From the NCBI GenBank assembly GCA_963755915.1, contig CAVWLP010000002.1, positions 4,832,001-4,896,000 on the forward strand: a stretch of DNA of 64,000 bases, in the 5' to 3' direction. Shown here in pieces: positions 30,118 to 48,037 of this stretch (position 1 is the stretch's first letter; every line of letters starts with the position of its first letter). This stretch comes from an uncultured Phycisphaerales bacterium. GTDB taxonomy: Bacteria > Planctomycetota > Phycisphaerae > Tepidisphaerales > Tepidisphaeraceae. Made by a program: the position numbers and the translations under genes. A model generated the notes under the pieces. That model searched no databases. It saw only the letters and a list, made by a program, of their open reading frames with translations, and was not told the origin of the DNA.

Positions 30118-30852
30118 ATGGCGAAGCTAAACGGCAAAGTCGCGGTAATTACGGGGGCAACCTCGGGGATGGCGCTGGCCACGGCAAAACTGTTCGTGCA
30201 GGAGGGGGCGTATGTGTTTATCACCGGCCGGCGGCCGGAGCAGCTTGACGCGGCGGTGAAGGAGATTGGGAGAAACGTAACTGGAATCCAGGGAGATGCG
30301 GGGAAACTGGCGGACCTGGATCGCCTGTTCGCGGCGGTGAAGGAGAAAAAGGGGCAGATCGACGTGCTTTTCGCCAGTGCGGGGATTGGGGATCTGAACA
30401 GCCCGCTCGGCACGGTTACCGAAAAGGGTTTTGATGATGTGTTCGGCGTGAACGTGCGGGGGACTCTGTTCACGGTGCAGAAGGCGCTGCCGCTTTTACG
30501 GGACGGAGGTTCGATTATTTTGAACGGGTCCATCGCCGGGGTGAAGGGGTTCCCGAATATGAGCGTTTACAACGCCAGCAAAGCCGCGGTGCGATCGTTT
30601 GCGCGAACGTGGGCTGCGGAACTGGCGGGGAGGCAAATTCGCGTGAATGTCATCAGCCCTGGGCCGATTGATACCGCCATATTCGTTGGGAAACCTGCGG
30701 AGGTGAAGGAGCAGTTCAAGTCGTTTGTTCCGCTGGGGCGGCTGGGCAAGTCGGAGGAGATCGCGACTGTGGCGCTGTTCCTGGCGTCGGATGATTCCAG
30801 TTTCATTACCGGGATTGATTTATCGGTTGATGGAGGAGCAACGCAGGTCTGA
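30118..30852 (+). CDS. SDR family oxidoreductase
   Basis: TGATSGMA, catalytic YNASK, IRVNVISPGPIDT, VDGG. AAGGAG RBS. Confidence 0.93.
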   Translation: MAKLNGKVAVITGATSGMALATAKLFVQEGAYVFITGRRPEQLDAAVKEIGRNVTGIQGDAGKLADLDRLFAAVKEKKGQIDVLFASAGIGDLNSPLGTVTEKGFDDVFGVNVRGTLFTVQKALPLLRDGGSIILNGSIAGVKGFPNMSVYNASKAAVRSFARTWAAELAGRQIRVNVISPGPIDTAIFVGKPAEVKEQFKSFVPLGRLGKSEEIATVALFLASDDSSFITGIDLSVDGGATQV

Positions 30853-30910
30853 GTAGGGGACCACGATTCCGGGGCGGCGCAAAAGCGCACCCCTGCGGGG
30901 TTGCGGCTAA

Positions 30911-31072
30911 GAAGCTGTTTCATAACCTCGCGCGGCCGCTGCTTGCGTCTGGCGAAGGCTGGCGGCGTTGCTCCTCCTCCCCATATTTCCGGTCAATATT
31001 GTTCGTCGTCGCGCCTTGCCAGCATTCGCCAGCCGCGGCGCATCGGCTCGCGGGAGGTTATGAAACAGCTTC
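30911..31072. mobile_element. MITE (162 bp), 19-bp perfect TIRs, TAA target duplication
   Basis: GAAGCTGTTTCATAACCTC (30911-30929) and GAGGTTATGAAACAGCTTC (31054-31072), with TAA on both sides. No transposase. Confidence 0.85.
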
Positions 31073-31128
31073 TAAACGGGAGGAGGGGTGTCTGGTGTTA
31101 CCTTCGGCCATGAACATCCATTATCGAT

Positions 31129-32763
31129 ATGGAAACCATGGCGGAGGAACTCATGCGCAGACGGGCAATGTGGGTCATCGGGCTGGTGATTGCAATCGTC
31201 GCGACAGCGGCGAGCGGCGAAGAGGCGAACCTCGTAAAAAATCCGGACTTTAAAGTCCGCTCGGCCGACGGAATCGCGCCGGCGGATTATGTACTCAGCG
31301 GCGACGTGGAATATCGCTACCTCGGGGACCCGCGTCGCGACTCCGCGCCGTGGGGGGTGGCGCTAAAATCGGGCGGGAGCGCCGGATCGGTTTCGCAGAC
31401 GGTTTTGGGGATCGACGCCAGCGCGGGGCGGTGGTATCGGTTCACGTTCCGGGGGTTGCCGCAGGACAATTTTGCGGTGGGCGATAACGATTTTTCGATG
31501 CGGGTGGAATTTTTTGGGGATTGGGGGAAGACGGCCATGGACGGGAAGAGCCGGGAGATCTACAGCGTTGTGGAGGAGGCGCGGCGGGATTTGAATGTGA
31601 ATGGGGACAATCACCGCAGCGGAGCGGCGGTGTGGCGGACGTATCAGCTCGACTTCTGGCTGCCGTTCGTGCAGGTGGATACCTTGCGGCTGAGCGTGGT
31701 TTTCGGGCACGGCGCGGGCCGGCGGGCGATTGTTTCGGATTTCTATGTGACGGATTTCAGCCTGACGCGATTGGCGGATGCGCCGCCGGGCGAGGCGAAA
31801 GCGACCGGGAATTCGCAGACGCTGACGCAGATATATCCGAAGGGGACGCTGCTGCCGCTGGGCGGAAGGTGGTATTACGAGGCCAAGAGCGGGGAGACGC
31901 AGGCGCCGGCGGTTTTTGATCACAGCAACGCCGATCGATTGCTGTATCACGATGCGAAATGGCAGGCGCCGTTTGACGGAAATATGACTTCGTGGCTGCG
32001 GGCGGGCAATAAGGACCGCCAGGGAATCATCGCGGCGGTAGATCAGTTTGTGCCGGACAACGTGACCGTGGAATTCGATGGGGACGCGATGATCGTTCAC
32101 ACCAAGGGGTTGCCGAACCATCCGACGGGAAAATTTCCGCAGGAGGGATTCGGTCCGCAGAGCAATCCGAATTTTATCCAGGAGCACGACCGGACGTATT
32201 ACATTCCGCTAAACCCGAAGGTAAACCCGCGGCACATTTTCACGACGATCGACAATTCGAATCATGCGCTGCCGATGGGGCCGATTGGGATCGCGGTGAA
32301 TGGCGTGGTGTTTTTTAATCCGTTCAACGCGCAGAGCCTGGACGCGACCAACATGATGGACCGGTGCTGCGGGCATCCGGCGCCGGATGGGACGTATCAC
32401 TATCACAAGTATCCGGTATGCGTGAATTCGCCGTGGTCGGATGAGGGGAAGGAGCATTCGCCGCTGATCGGGTGGGCGTTTGATGGGTTTCCGATTTATG
32501 GGCCGTTTGAGAGCGCGGGGGTGATGGCGAAGGATTTGACGGGGTCTAATGCGCTGAATGATTTCAATCTGCACTGGGATAAAGACCGCGGGTGGCATTA
32601 TCACGTGACGCCGGGGAAGTTTCCTTACATCATCGGCGGTTATTGGGGGACGGAAGACAGTCGCGATCGACAGGCGGGGAGACCTGGCCGGGGAATGGGG
32701 GGCGGGTTTGGACCGCCGCCTGGTGAAGGGATGCCGGGATTTGGGCCACCGCCTGGATTTTAA
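31129..32763 (+). CDS. secreted YHYH-domain protein
   Basis: Signal-like N-terminus, GLPNHPTG.FP, GPIGIAVNGV, CCGHP...YHYH, HSPLIGWAFDGFPIYGP, WHYH. Start may be 31153. Confidence 0.88.
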   Translation: METMAEELMRRRAMWVIGLVIAIVATAASGEEANLVKNPDFKVRSADGIAPADYVLSGDVEYRYLGDPRRDSAPWGVALKSGGSAGSVSQTVLGIDASAGRWYRFTFRGLPQDNFAVGDNDFSMRVEFFGDWGKTAMDGKSREIYSVVEEARRDLNVNGDNHRSGAAVWRTYQLDFWLPFVQVDTLRLSVVFGHGAGRRAIVSDFYVTDFSLTRLADAPPGEAKATGNSQTLTQIYPKGTLLPLGGRWYYEAKSGETQAPAVFDHSNADRLLYHDAKWQAPFDGNMTSWLRAGNKDRQGIIAAVDQFVPDNVTVEFDGDAMIVHTKGLPNHPTGKFPQEGFGPQSNPNFIQEHDRTYYIPLNPKVNPRHIFTTIDNSNHALPMGPIGIAVNGVVFFNPFNAQSLDATNMMDRCCGHPAPDGTYHYHKYPVCVNSPWSDEGKEHSPLIGWAFDGFPIYGPFESAGVMAKDLTGSNALNDFNLHWDKDRGWHYHVTPGKFPYIIGGYWGTEDSRDRQAGRPGRGMGGGFGPPPGEGMPGFGPPPGF

Positions 32764-32775
32764 CTAAATTCGAGA

Positions 32776-32803
32776 AGCGCTCCCCTTCGGGTCGCGGCTA
32801 AAC
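32776..32803 (+). repeat. CGCGGCTAAAC-type REP (intact copy of the MITE target)
   Basis: AGCGCTCCCCTTCGGGTCGCGGCTAAAC matches the reconstructed AGCGCACCCCTGCGGGGTTGCGGCTAAAC at 30884/31073. Confidence 0.7.
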
Positions 32804-32820
32804 AAGAGGGTCGTCATTAG

Positions 32821-33573
32821 TTACTGGAGTTTTGCCTTTGCTTCGGCGGGGATGTCGATGGTGGTGGAGCCGACGTTGCTGATGTCGGTTGTGGTGGTGC
32901 GATCGATATCGCGGTCGTTGCCGTTGAAGCTGATGGTGCCGGTGGTGTGGAGCTGGATTTGGCTAACGCTTCCGTCGGCGATCTTGAGGCCCATCGTGGC
33001 TTTGGCGTCGCTGACGTCGATTTGCGGGGCGGCGTTGTTGTCGTCGGGATTGGTCGTGGCCGCGGCTTGGCGGCGGGGGCGGAACATGAGGAGCTTTTTG
33101 GCGGCGTCGTCGGAGAGATCGGCGCTGAAGCCGTCGTCGGTCTTCTGGATGTTCTGGAGGCTGGCGACGTTTTCCATCGCCTGGGCGACGGGGGCTTTAA
33201 AATTTTGCGCAATCATGGCGGCAAAGCGTTCGGGGGGCGGTGGGCCGCCGGCATCGTCGCCAGCGGCTTCCATCAGCTCGGCCGAGGACTTCCAGCCGTC
33301 GTCGGTTTTCACGGCGATTTTGTCGCCCTTGATGATGATGTCGAAGGTGTTGTCGCGGAACTGCATGGAGAGCCAGATGGTGCCGTCTTTGTCCTGCTTG
33401 CCCTGTGTGGTTCCGCGCATCATTCCGCCCTGAACATTGGTGGTCCAGCTATAACTGGAACCGTCGGTGACTTTCTGGAGAGCGGCCTTGATGTCGTCCT
33501 TGCTGTCGGCAAGCGCCACGACAGCGGAGATCGCGAGAACGGAAACGAAAGCAAAAATGGAACGCTTAAGCAT
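32821..33573 (-). CDS. secreted hypothetical protein
   Basis: Signal peptide (MLKRSIFAFVSVLAISAVVALA), GGAGG RBS, C-terminal IDIPAEAKAKL. Confidence 0.8.
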   Translation of the reverse strand: MLKRSIFAFVSVLAISAVVALADSKDDIKAALQKVTDGSSYSWTTNVQGGMMRGTTQGKQDKDGTIWLSMQFRDNTFDIIIKGDKIAVKTDDGWKSSAELMEAAGDDAGGPPPPERFAAMIAQNFKAPVAQAMENVASLQNIQKTDDGFSADLSDDAAKKLLMFRPRRQAAATTNPDDNNAAPQIDVSDAKATMGLKIADGSVSQIQLHTTGTISFNGNDRDIDRTTTTDISNVGSTTIDIPAEAKAKLQ

Positions 33574-33636
33574 GTTGAATTCCTCCGCGCAAAGGGGTGA
33601 GACAGGAAACCTCTGAGGGAAGAATATAGACTGGGC

Positions 33637-34419
33637 TCAGGAATTCAGCAAATTCAGGAGGGTTTTCGCGTCCTGGCGGAACTGCTCGGGATTGTCGGCG
33701 CGGACGAATTCGAGGGAGGCGTGGCGGGGTTTGTCTGGGCTGGACGCCAAGTGGAGGTACTGGCGCCAGGCGTCGGCGCCGTCGGCGAGGGGAAGGCGGT
33801 AGTGCTGATCGGGCCACCAATGAAAGACATGCAGGTTCTGGAGATGGGGGAGGACCATCCGTAGACCATCGAGGCACTCCTCGGTCGGCAACCCTACCGG
33901 AGGCTGCCAATAGCTGGTGAGATTTGGGGCGGCAACAGCGTCGATGAGGGCGGTGGCGGCGGGCGCGGTGTCGGTGAGGGTGCCGCCATGAAACTCCAAT
34001 GAAATTGAGCAATTGCGCTCGGCGGCAAGCTGGCAGATTCGCTTGAGATCGTTGGCGACGGCGTATTTGAGGTTGGAGGGGGCGGCTTCTGAGCCGAGAT
34101 TGCCGGCCCAGACGCGGATGGAGTTGGTTCCAAGGGCCTCGGCGGTGTCGAGGATGGCGGAGAAGCTGACGCCGTTGGTTTCGCTGGCCCAGGCGCGGTA
34201 ATAGGAGCCGTAGGCGCTGATGGTAAGTCCGGCATCCTCGCAGAGCTTTCGGGCGTAGGCGGCTTTGGCTAAATCGCCGTGAGGAACGTGGATATCACCC
34301 CCCCACTCGATGCTTTTCAGGCCCGCCTCAGCGGCAAGCTGGACGACCTGGTCGGGGGAGAGTTTTCGAAAGGTTACCGAGACCAATCCGGGGATGAAGG
34401 TCTTGGCCAGGCAGTTCAT
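33637..34419 (-). CDS. sugar phosphate isomerase/epimerase (xylose isomerase-like TIM barrel)
   Basis: GLVSVTFR, IEWGGDIHVPHG, SAYGSYY, IRVWAG, LEFHGGTLTD, YWQP, LHVF. Confidence 0.85.
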   Translation of the reverse strand: MNCLAKTFIPGLVSVTFRKLSPDQVVQLAAEAGLKSIEWGGDIHVPHGDLAKAAYARKLCEDAGLTISAYGSYYRAWASETNGVSFSAILDTAEALGTNSIRVWAGNLGSEAAPSNLKYAVANDLKRICQLAAERNCSISLEFHGGTLTDTAPAATALIDAVAAPNLTSYWQPPVGLPTEECLDGLRMVLPHLQNLHVFHWWPDQHYRLPLADGADAWRQYLHLASSPDKPRHASLEFVRADNPEQFRQDAKTLLNLLNS

Positions 34420-34482
34420 GCCTGAACTATACCCGCAGAAGGCGGAGGCGAGGTTGCGGCAATACTGGGGGCTCGTTTTTTA

Positions 34483-34511
34483 TTGACACTGGTGCGGCGG
34501 GTGACTATAAG
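34483..34511 (+). promoter_or_regulatory. sigma70-type promoter of rpoBC
   Basis: TTGACA-17 bp-TATAAG, with T-rich upstream sequence, about 280 nt before the rpoB start. Confidence 0.7.
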
Positions 34512-34791
34512 TATTGTGTCGCTTTTGGAGCTAGGGACATAAAAATCTCGGTGCATGTGACCACGAATCTTCCGTTTCGGACGAGACGGACGTGCCGTGG
34601 GTACTTTTATTGCGCTCGACTGCTAAGTTGTTTTGTCCCTTATATTTAGTGTAAGTACGCGGCACAAAAGGAGATATTGCTGCCGCTGACAAGCCGCTTA
34701 ACTTTACGTAAGGCGGCTAATTTTGTCGGTGTAACGAAACTAACACCTGCCGGGAAATGGTGATAACCACCATAGGCAAAAGGAAAAACTG

Positions 34792-38578
<3,787 letters not shown>

Positions 38579-38680
38579 ATGCCTGGACAGGATCTAGTCG
38601 TGACCGTGTGATTATTTGTAAAACGATGCAGAATCGCGGACGGCAAGATGTCCGTGGCTTATTGAAAGAAAGAAGATACC

Positions 38681-43121
<4,441 letters not shown>

Positions 43122-43165
43122 GCCTCTCAGGCGAGGCCGGATTTTGTGGCAGCACCACGCCTTTG

Positions 43166-43205
43166 CCCCGCCCCCGGTAATCCGGGGGAGGGTTGGGGAG
43201 GGGGT
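43166..43205 (+). repeat. REP copy 3, downstream of rpoC
   Basis: CCCCGCCCCCGGTAATCCGGGGGAGGGTTGGGGAGGGGG. Confidence 0.8.
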
Positions 43206-43234
43206 TTGGCCGCAAGCGCCAGGGATATCACGCG

Positions 43235-43818
43235 GTGATTGAGACGCCACCCACTTGTCGTGCATTTCTCACCGTCGTTTCCGGACGCCCCGGTTCCGGC
43301 AAAACCACACTTGCCCGCGCGTTGGCCCAGGCAATCCGCTGCCCCCTCATCTCCCGGGACGAGGTCAAGGAAGGCCTGGTTAACTCCGGCCTCGCCCATG
43401 CCGACGCCACGCAGCGTCTCGCGAATGAAATCTTTTCGACACTATCGAACAATTGGTGCGGCGCGGCGTCACCCTCATCGCTGAGGCTGCATTCCAGCAC
43501 AAGCTCTGGGCAAAGCCGCTGGAACCTCTCCTCGCCGTCGCAAGAACGCAAATTATTTTATGCGTGGCAGACCCGGAGCTCGCCCGTTCGCGGCACATTC
43601 AACGCGGATTGAATGATCCGCAGCGAGAACGATTTCACGGAGATTATGAGGTGCGGGCCGCGCGCGACGGCCACGTGATGCCAATCGACGATTACGATCC
43701 GCCTAAATTCGAAGTTCCCGCGCTCGAAGTGGATACGACCGATGGCTACAGGCCGCAGTTCGAACAAATCCTCGACTTCATCCGCGGCACATCTGAGCCC
43801 GATCGCGCCCGAGGATAA
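43235..43818 (+). CDS. P-loop kinase-like ATPase (AAA_33 type); frameshift near 43435
   Basis: VSGRPGSGKTTLA, ISRDEVKE, LIAEAAF, LEVDTTDGY.P. Confidence 0.8.
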
Positions 43819-43832
43819 GCAGCGCCCTCAAA

Positions 43833-44897
43833 TCACCCCCCCGCTTGCGTAGTCGCCCCGCCTCCCTGAGCCCGCGTCAGTTCCGCCTTATACTCATCCC
43901 CATATTTCCTCATGATCGCAATATTCTCCGCCGGCACATTCCCGGTAACCTTCGCCGCCGTTTGCTTCAACTGCCCCTGTGACTTGGCCAGCTCCGCCTT
44001 CTCGGCCTGCAATCTCTGAATATCCGAGGCTGCCGCCGCGACCCCCGCATCGTCATCCCCCTTCGCCTGGGCCTTTTCATCCACGGTCACCGGGATCTCC
44101 GGGTGCGTCGCCCGATGCGCTGCCGCATCAACCTGAGCCTGTACGTCTGCCAGCTCTTTTTTCTCGTCCGCCTCTTCGTTCCGCGCTTCGCCGGCCGCCT
44201 CGCGCGCGGCGTGGGCTTCATTCTTCTTGTTCTGCACGTACTCAGTGCGATCGTCCGGGGAAACATCCGCGGGCGGATTGGCCGCCTCTTCCTCCGCGGT
44301 TTTGGCATCAGCGAGGTCGTTCACTGCCTCGCTCTCGCGGGCCGCAACCTCATCGGCCCGCTGGCTCGCCTCATCCGCCGCCGCCTGCTGGTCCGACTGG
44401 GCCAGCTTTACAATCGCATCCCGGTCACTGTCGCCCAGGACGCGCCAGCCGTTGGCTTGCGCTTCTTTGTATGTCTCAAGGCGCTTTTGCGCATCGGCAA
44501 TCTGGGCATCCAGTTCCTTTTCCTGCTCGTCAAACTGGTCCTGCTGCGTTTTGTGGGAGCCGTCCAGATAAGCAACAGCCCCCCAGGCGTCACCCGCGGC
44601 CTTCCCCAGCCATTCAAACTCCGCCTTGCTGATGTGGTGGCGATCCAGGCAAGCCTGGTAAAGCTTCCCCACGTCCGCCACTGCCGGCGCCTTTGCATCG
44701 CCCGATTTTCCGCCCCCCGCCAGGTGCACCACGCTCGCAAGCTCCCCAAGCCAGTCGTTTTGCGTATCCAGGAAAACCTTAAGCCGGCCTTCGGTAATTA
44801 TACCGTCCGCAGGCGGTTTCCAATCCGCCAGAACCGGTGTGGCAAACAGCAAAATGGATAGGACGCACTGCGCGGTCGAGCGTGGGAGCATATCCAA
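43833..44897 (-). CDS. secreted coiled-coil hypothetical protein
   Basis: Signal-like N-terminus, Ala/Glu-rich helical body, ATTQ tail. Confidence 0.75.
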   Translation of the reverse strand: MDMLPRSTAQCVLSILLFATPVLADWKPPADGIITEGRLKVFLDTQNDWLGELASVVHLAGGGKSGDAKAPAVADVGKLYQACLDRHHISKAEFEWLGKAAGDAWGAVAYLDGSHKTQQDQFDEQEKELDAQIADAQKRLETYKEAQANGWRVLGDSDRDAIVKLAQSDQQAAADEASQRADEVAARESEAVNDLADAKTAEEEAANPPADVSPDDRTEYVQNKKNEAHAAREAAGEARNEEADEKKELADVQAQVDAAAHRATHPEIPVTVDEKAQAKGDDDAGVAAAASDIQRLQAEKAELAKSQGQLKQTAAKVTGNVPAENIAIMRKYGDEYKAELTRAQGGGATTQAGG

Positions 44898-44982
44898 TCA
44901 GGAAAGCCCAAATGGCCTCCGCCGTCAAGTGTTGCCCGCGCAGTTGCCAGCGCCGCCCATTTCCGATATTCGTAGCGGGTGC

Positions 44983-46413
44983 TTGAAGAAGTTATTGGAC
45001 ATCGCCGCTGTCCGCCGCAAGCTTAAGGAGGTCGGGCAATCTCATGTTCTGGCGTTTTACGAAACGCAGGATCCCGCCGCGCGGCAGAATCTGCTCAAGC
45101 AGCTTCAGTCGCTCGATTTCAATTCCCTTGGCGAGCTGATCGAGCAATACGTCAAAAGTAAGCCGACGCTCGCTCTTCCCACGAACATCGAACCGGTCCC
45201 CGTCTATCCGCGCTTCGCCGACCCCTCCCGCAAGGCGATGTACGACGAAGCGCAGCGCCGCGGACACGAACTTCTCGCCGCTGGAAAAGTCGGCGCCTTC
45301 CTCGTTGCCGGCGGCCAGGGCACGCGCCTCGGTTACGACGGCCCCAAGGGGGAATACCCCATCACGCCCGTCAAAAACAAACCCCTCTTCCAGGTTTTCG
45401 CCGAACAGCTTCTGGCTCACGGCCGCCATTCCGGAAAAACGATTCCCTGGTACATCATGACCAGCGAGAACAATGACGTGCAGACGCGCGCGTTTTTCCA
45501 CAAGCATCACTTCTTCGGCTACGCCGAGGACGCCGTCTGCTTTTTCCAGCAGGGAATGATGCCCGCCTTCGCGATGGACGGGAGACTGCTGCTTGCCGAG
45601 AAAGATTCCCTCGCCCTCTCCCCCGACGGCCACGGCGGCAGCCTCCGGGCCATGGACAAGAGCGGCGCCCTCAAGGACATGCGCAACCGCGGCGTCGAGC
45701 ACCTCTCCTATTTCCAGGTCGACAACCCGCTCGTCTACTGCATCGACCCCCTCTTCCTCGGCCTGCACGAAATCACCGGCAGCGAAATGTCCAGCAAGAC
45801 CGTCCCCAAGGCACATGCCATGGAACGGGTCGGCAATTTCGTCGTCGGCGACGGTGTTCTTCAGGTCATCGAATACAGCGATCTGCCGGAATCACTGGCC
45901 CAGCAAACCAACCCCGGCGGCGCGCTGAGATTCAACGCCGGCTCGATTGCCATTCACGCCCTGCGCGTGAGCTTCATCGAGCGCCTCAATGAAGGCGGCC
46001 GCCTCCGGCTCCCCTGGCACCGCGCGGAAAAGAAGGTTCCCTGCGTCAACGATAACGGCCAGCTCGTGAAGCCGGACCGTCCCAATGCCGTCAAGCTTGA
46101 GCAATTCGTATTTGATGCGATCCCGCTCGCGCAAAACGCGATGGTCTATGCCACGGATCGGGCTGAAGAATTCTCTCCGGTGAAGAATGCCGAGGGCGCC
46201 GACTCGCCGGAAACCTGCCGCCGAGACCAGATCCGCCGCCACGCACGCTGGCTACGCGACGCCGGCGCGGAAGTCCCCTACCGCGGAACCGAACCGGACG
46301 CGAAGATCGAGATTTCGCCGCTGAAAGCCGTCAGTCCCGACGATTTGAAGGGCAAACCGCTGCCAATAAAGCAGATCAAACCGGGGTCCGTGGTTTATCT
46401 CGGAACCGACTGA
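44983..46413 (+). CDS. UDPGP-family (eukaryote-type) UDP-N-acetylglucosamine pyrophosphorylase
   Basis: LVAGGQGTRLGYDGPKG, WYIMTS, FQQG.MP, SPDGHGG, QVDNPL, VIEYSD, KLEQFVFD, EEFSPVKN. TTG start inferred. Confidence 0.88.
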   Translation: MKKLLDIAAVRRKLKEVGQSHVLAFYETQDPAARQNLLKQLQSLDFNSLGELIEQYVKSKPTLALPTNIEPVPVYPRFADPSRKAMYDEAQRRGHELLAAGKVGAFLVAGGQGTRLGYDGPKGEYPITPVKNKPLFQVFAEQLLAHGRHSGKTIPWYIMTSENNDVQTRAFFHKHHFFGYAEDAVCFFQQGMMPAFAMDGRLLLAEKDSLALSPDGHGGSLRAMDKSGALKDMRNRGVEHLSYFQVDNPLVYCIDPLFLGLHEITGSEMSSKTVPKAHAMERVGNFVVGDGVLQVIEYSDLPESLAQQTNPGGALRFNAGSIAIHALRVSFIERLNEGGRLRLPWHRAEKKVPCVNDNGQLVKPDRPNAVKLEQFVFDAIPLAQNAMVYATDRAEEFSPVKNAEGADSPETCRRDQIRRHARWLRDAGAEVPYRGTEPDAKIEISPLKAVSPDDLKGKPLPIKQIKPGSVVYLGTD

Positions 46414-46539
46414 TCGCATCGAAGCCACCGGTACCTGCACTCACGTAACCCCCCCCGTCCCGTTGCTTTTTGCCCCCCCACTGTTAAATTATCCCGCAGC
46501 GGCAAGGTTGCCAATTTTCGTTGGGAAAAGGATGTCCCG

Positions 46540-48015
46540 ATGCTTCTCCGCAGGCTCATTTCCGAACTCAATCCCGCAATAGACGCATCCGCCCTTCCCG
46601 ATTTGGAAATCCGCGGCATCTGCGAAGATTCCCGCACTGCTGAGCCCGGCGACCTCTTCGTTGCCCGCTCCGGAACCAAAACCGATGGCGCCAGCTTCAT
46701 CGGCGACGCCGCGGCGCGGCGCGGTCGCCGTCCTCTGTGGCGGAAAAATCGAATCCTGCCCCCTCCCGCAGATTGTGGTCCCCAACCCCGCCGCCGTCGC
46801 CGGCCCCCTGGCCCACATCTTCTACGGTCATCCCTCGCGACAGGTGAAATCCATCGGCGTCACCGGCACGAACGGAAAAACCACCACCACGTTTATCTTG
46901 CGCCATCTCCTGCAAAAATTCGCCATACCCTGCGGACTCATCGGCACAGTCGAAACCGACGACGGCAAAACCCGCAGCGAAGCCAACATGACCACGCCGG
47001 GCACCGTCGATCTCGTAAAGCTCCTGGCCAAAATGCGCGACAACGGCTGCCGCGCCTGCGCCATGGAGGTTTCGAGCCACGCCTTGCACCAGGGACGCGT
47101 CCTCGGTTTCGATTTCTGCCGGCGCGGCGTTCACAAACCTCACCCGCGATCATCTCGACTACCACGGCACGATGGAAAAATACGCCGCCGCCAAGGCCAT
47201 TCTTTTCCACATGCTGGGCCCCGACGCCGTCGCCGTGGTCAATGCCGACGACTCATACGCCGAGCGAATGCTCGCCGGCTGCGAAGCAAGAGCCACCCGT
47301 TTCGGCTTCGGTTCCTCCGCCGATTACTGCGCAAAAGATATCAGGATGACAAGCCGCGGCTCGAATTTCATTCTTCATACCCCCGACGGCAGCGCGGAAG
47401 TTTCGCTGGCAATGATCGGCCGCCACAACATCGCCAACGCCCTCACCGCTGTCACCATCGCCGGGGAAGTTTTCCTGCTCAGCGTTCATCAGATCGCCGC
47501 GGGCCTCAAAGATGCGCCAGGCGCCCCCGGCCGATTGCAGCCCGTTGATCGCAATCAGGCATTTGCCGTCCTCGTCGACTACGCCCACACCGACGACGCA
47601 CTGACGAAAGTACTCACCGCCCTTCGCCCCCTCACGAAAGGAAAGCTACGCGTCCTCTTCGGCTGCGGCGGCGATCGCGACCGCACTAAGCGCCCCCTCA
47701 TGGCCCACGCCGCCGAGCGCAATCGCCGACGCCGTCTACGTCACCAGCGACAATCCGCGCACCGAAGATCCTCGCGGCATCATCGAAGAGATCATCGCCG
47801 GTTTTCGAAACCTGCGCGAGAAGCCGATCTTCGTGGAAGCCGACCGCCGGACGGCCATCGCCAAAATCCTGCACGACGCCCAGCCCGGCGACGTAGTGCT
47901 CCTCGCCGGCAAGGGGCACGAGAATTATCAGATCATCGGAGCGACCAAATACCATTTTGATGACGTGGAGGAAGCCGCCGCCGTTTTGGAGCAGCTACCC
48001 CTCTCCCATTTTTGA
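46540..48015 (+). CDS. murE: UDP-MurNAc-tripeptide synthetase (meso-DAP type); frameshifts
   Basis: GVTGTNGKTTT, MEVSSH, DHLDYH, VDYAHT, FGCGGDRD..KRP.M, TSDNPR, AGKGHE.YQ. Confidence 0.94.
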
Positions 48016-48037
48016 CTCATATTCCGATAGCAATCGC

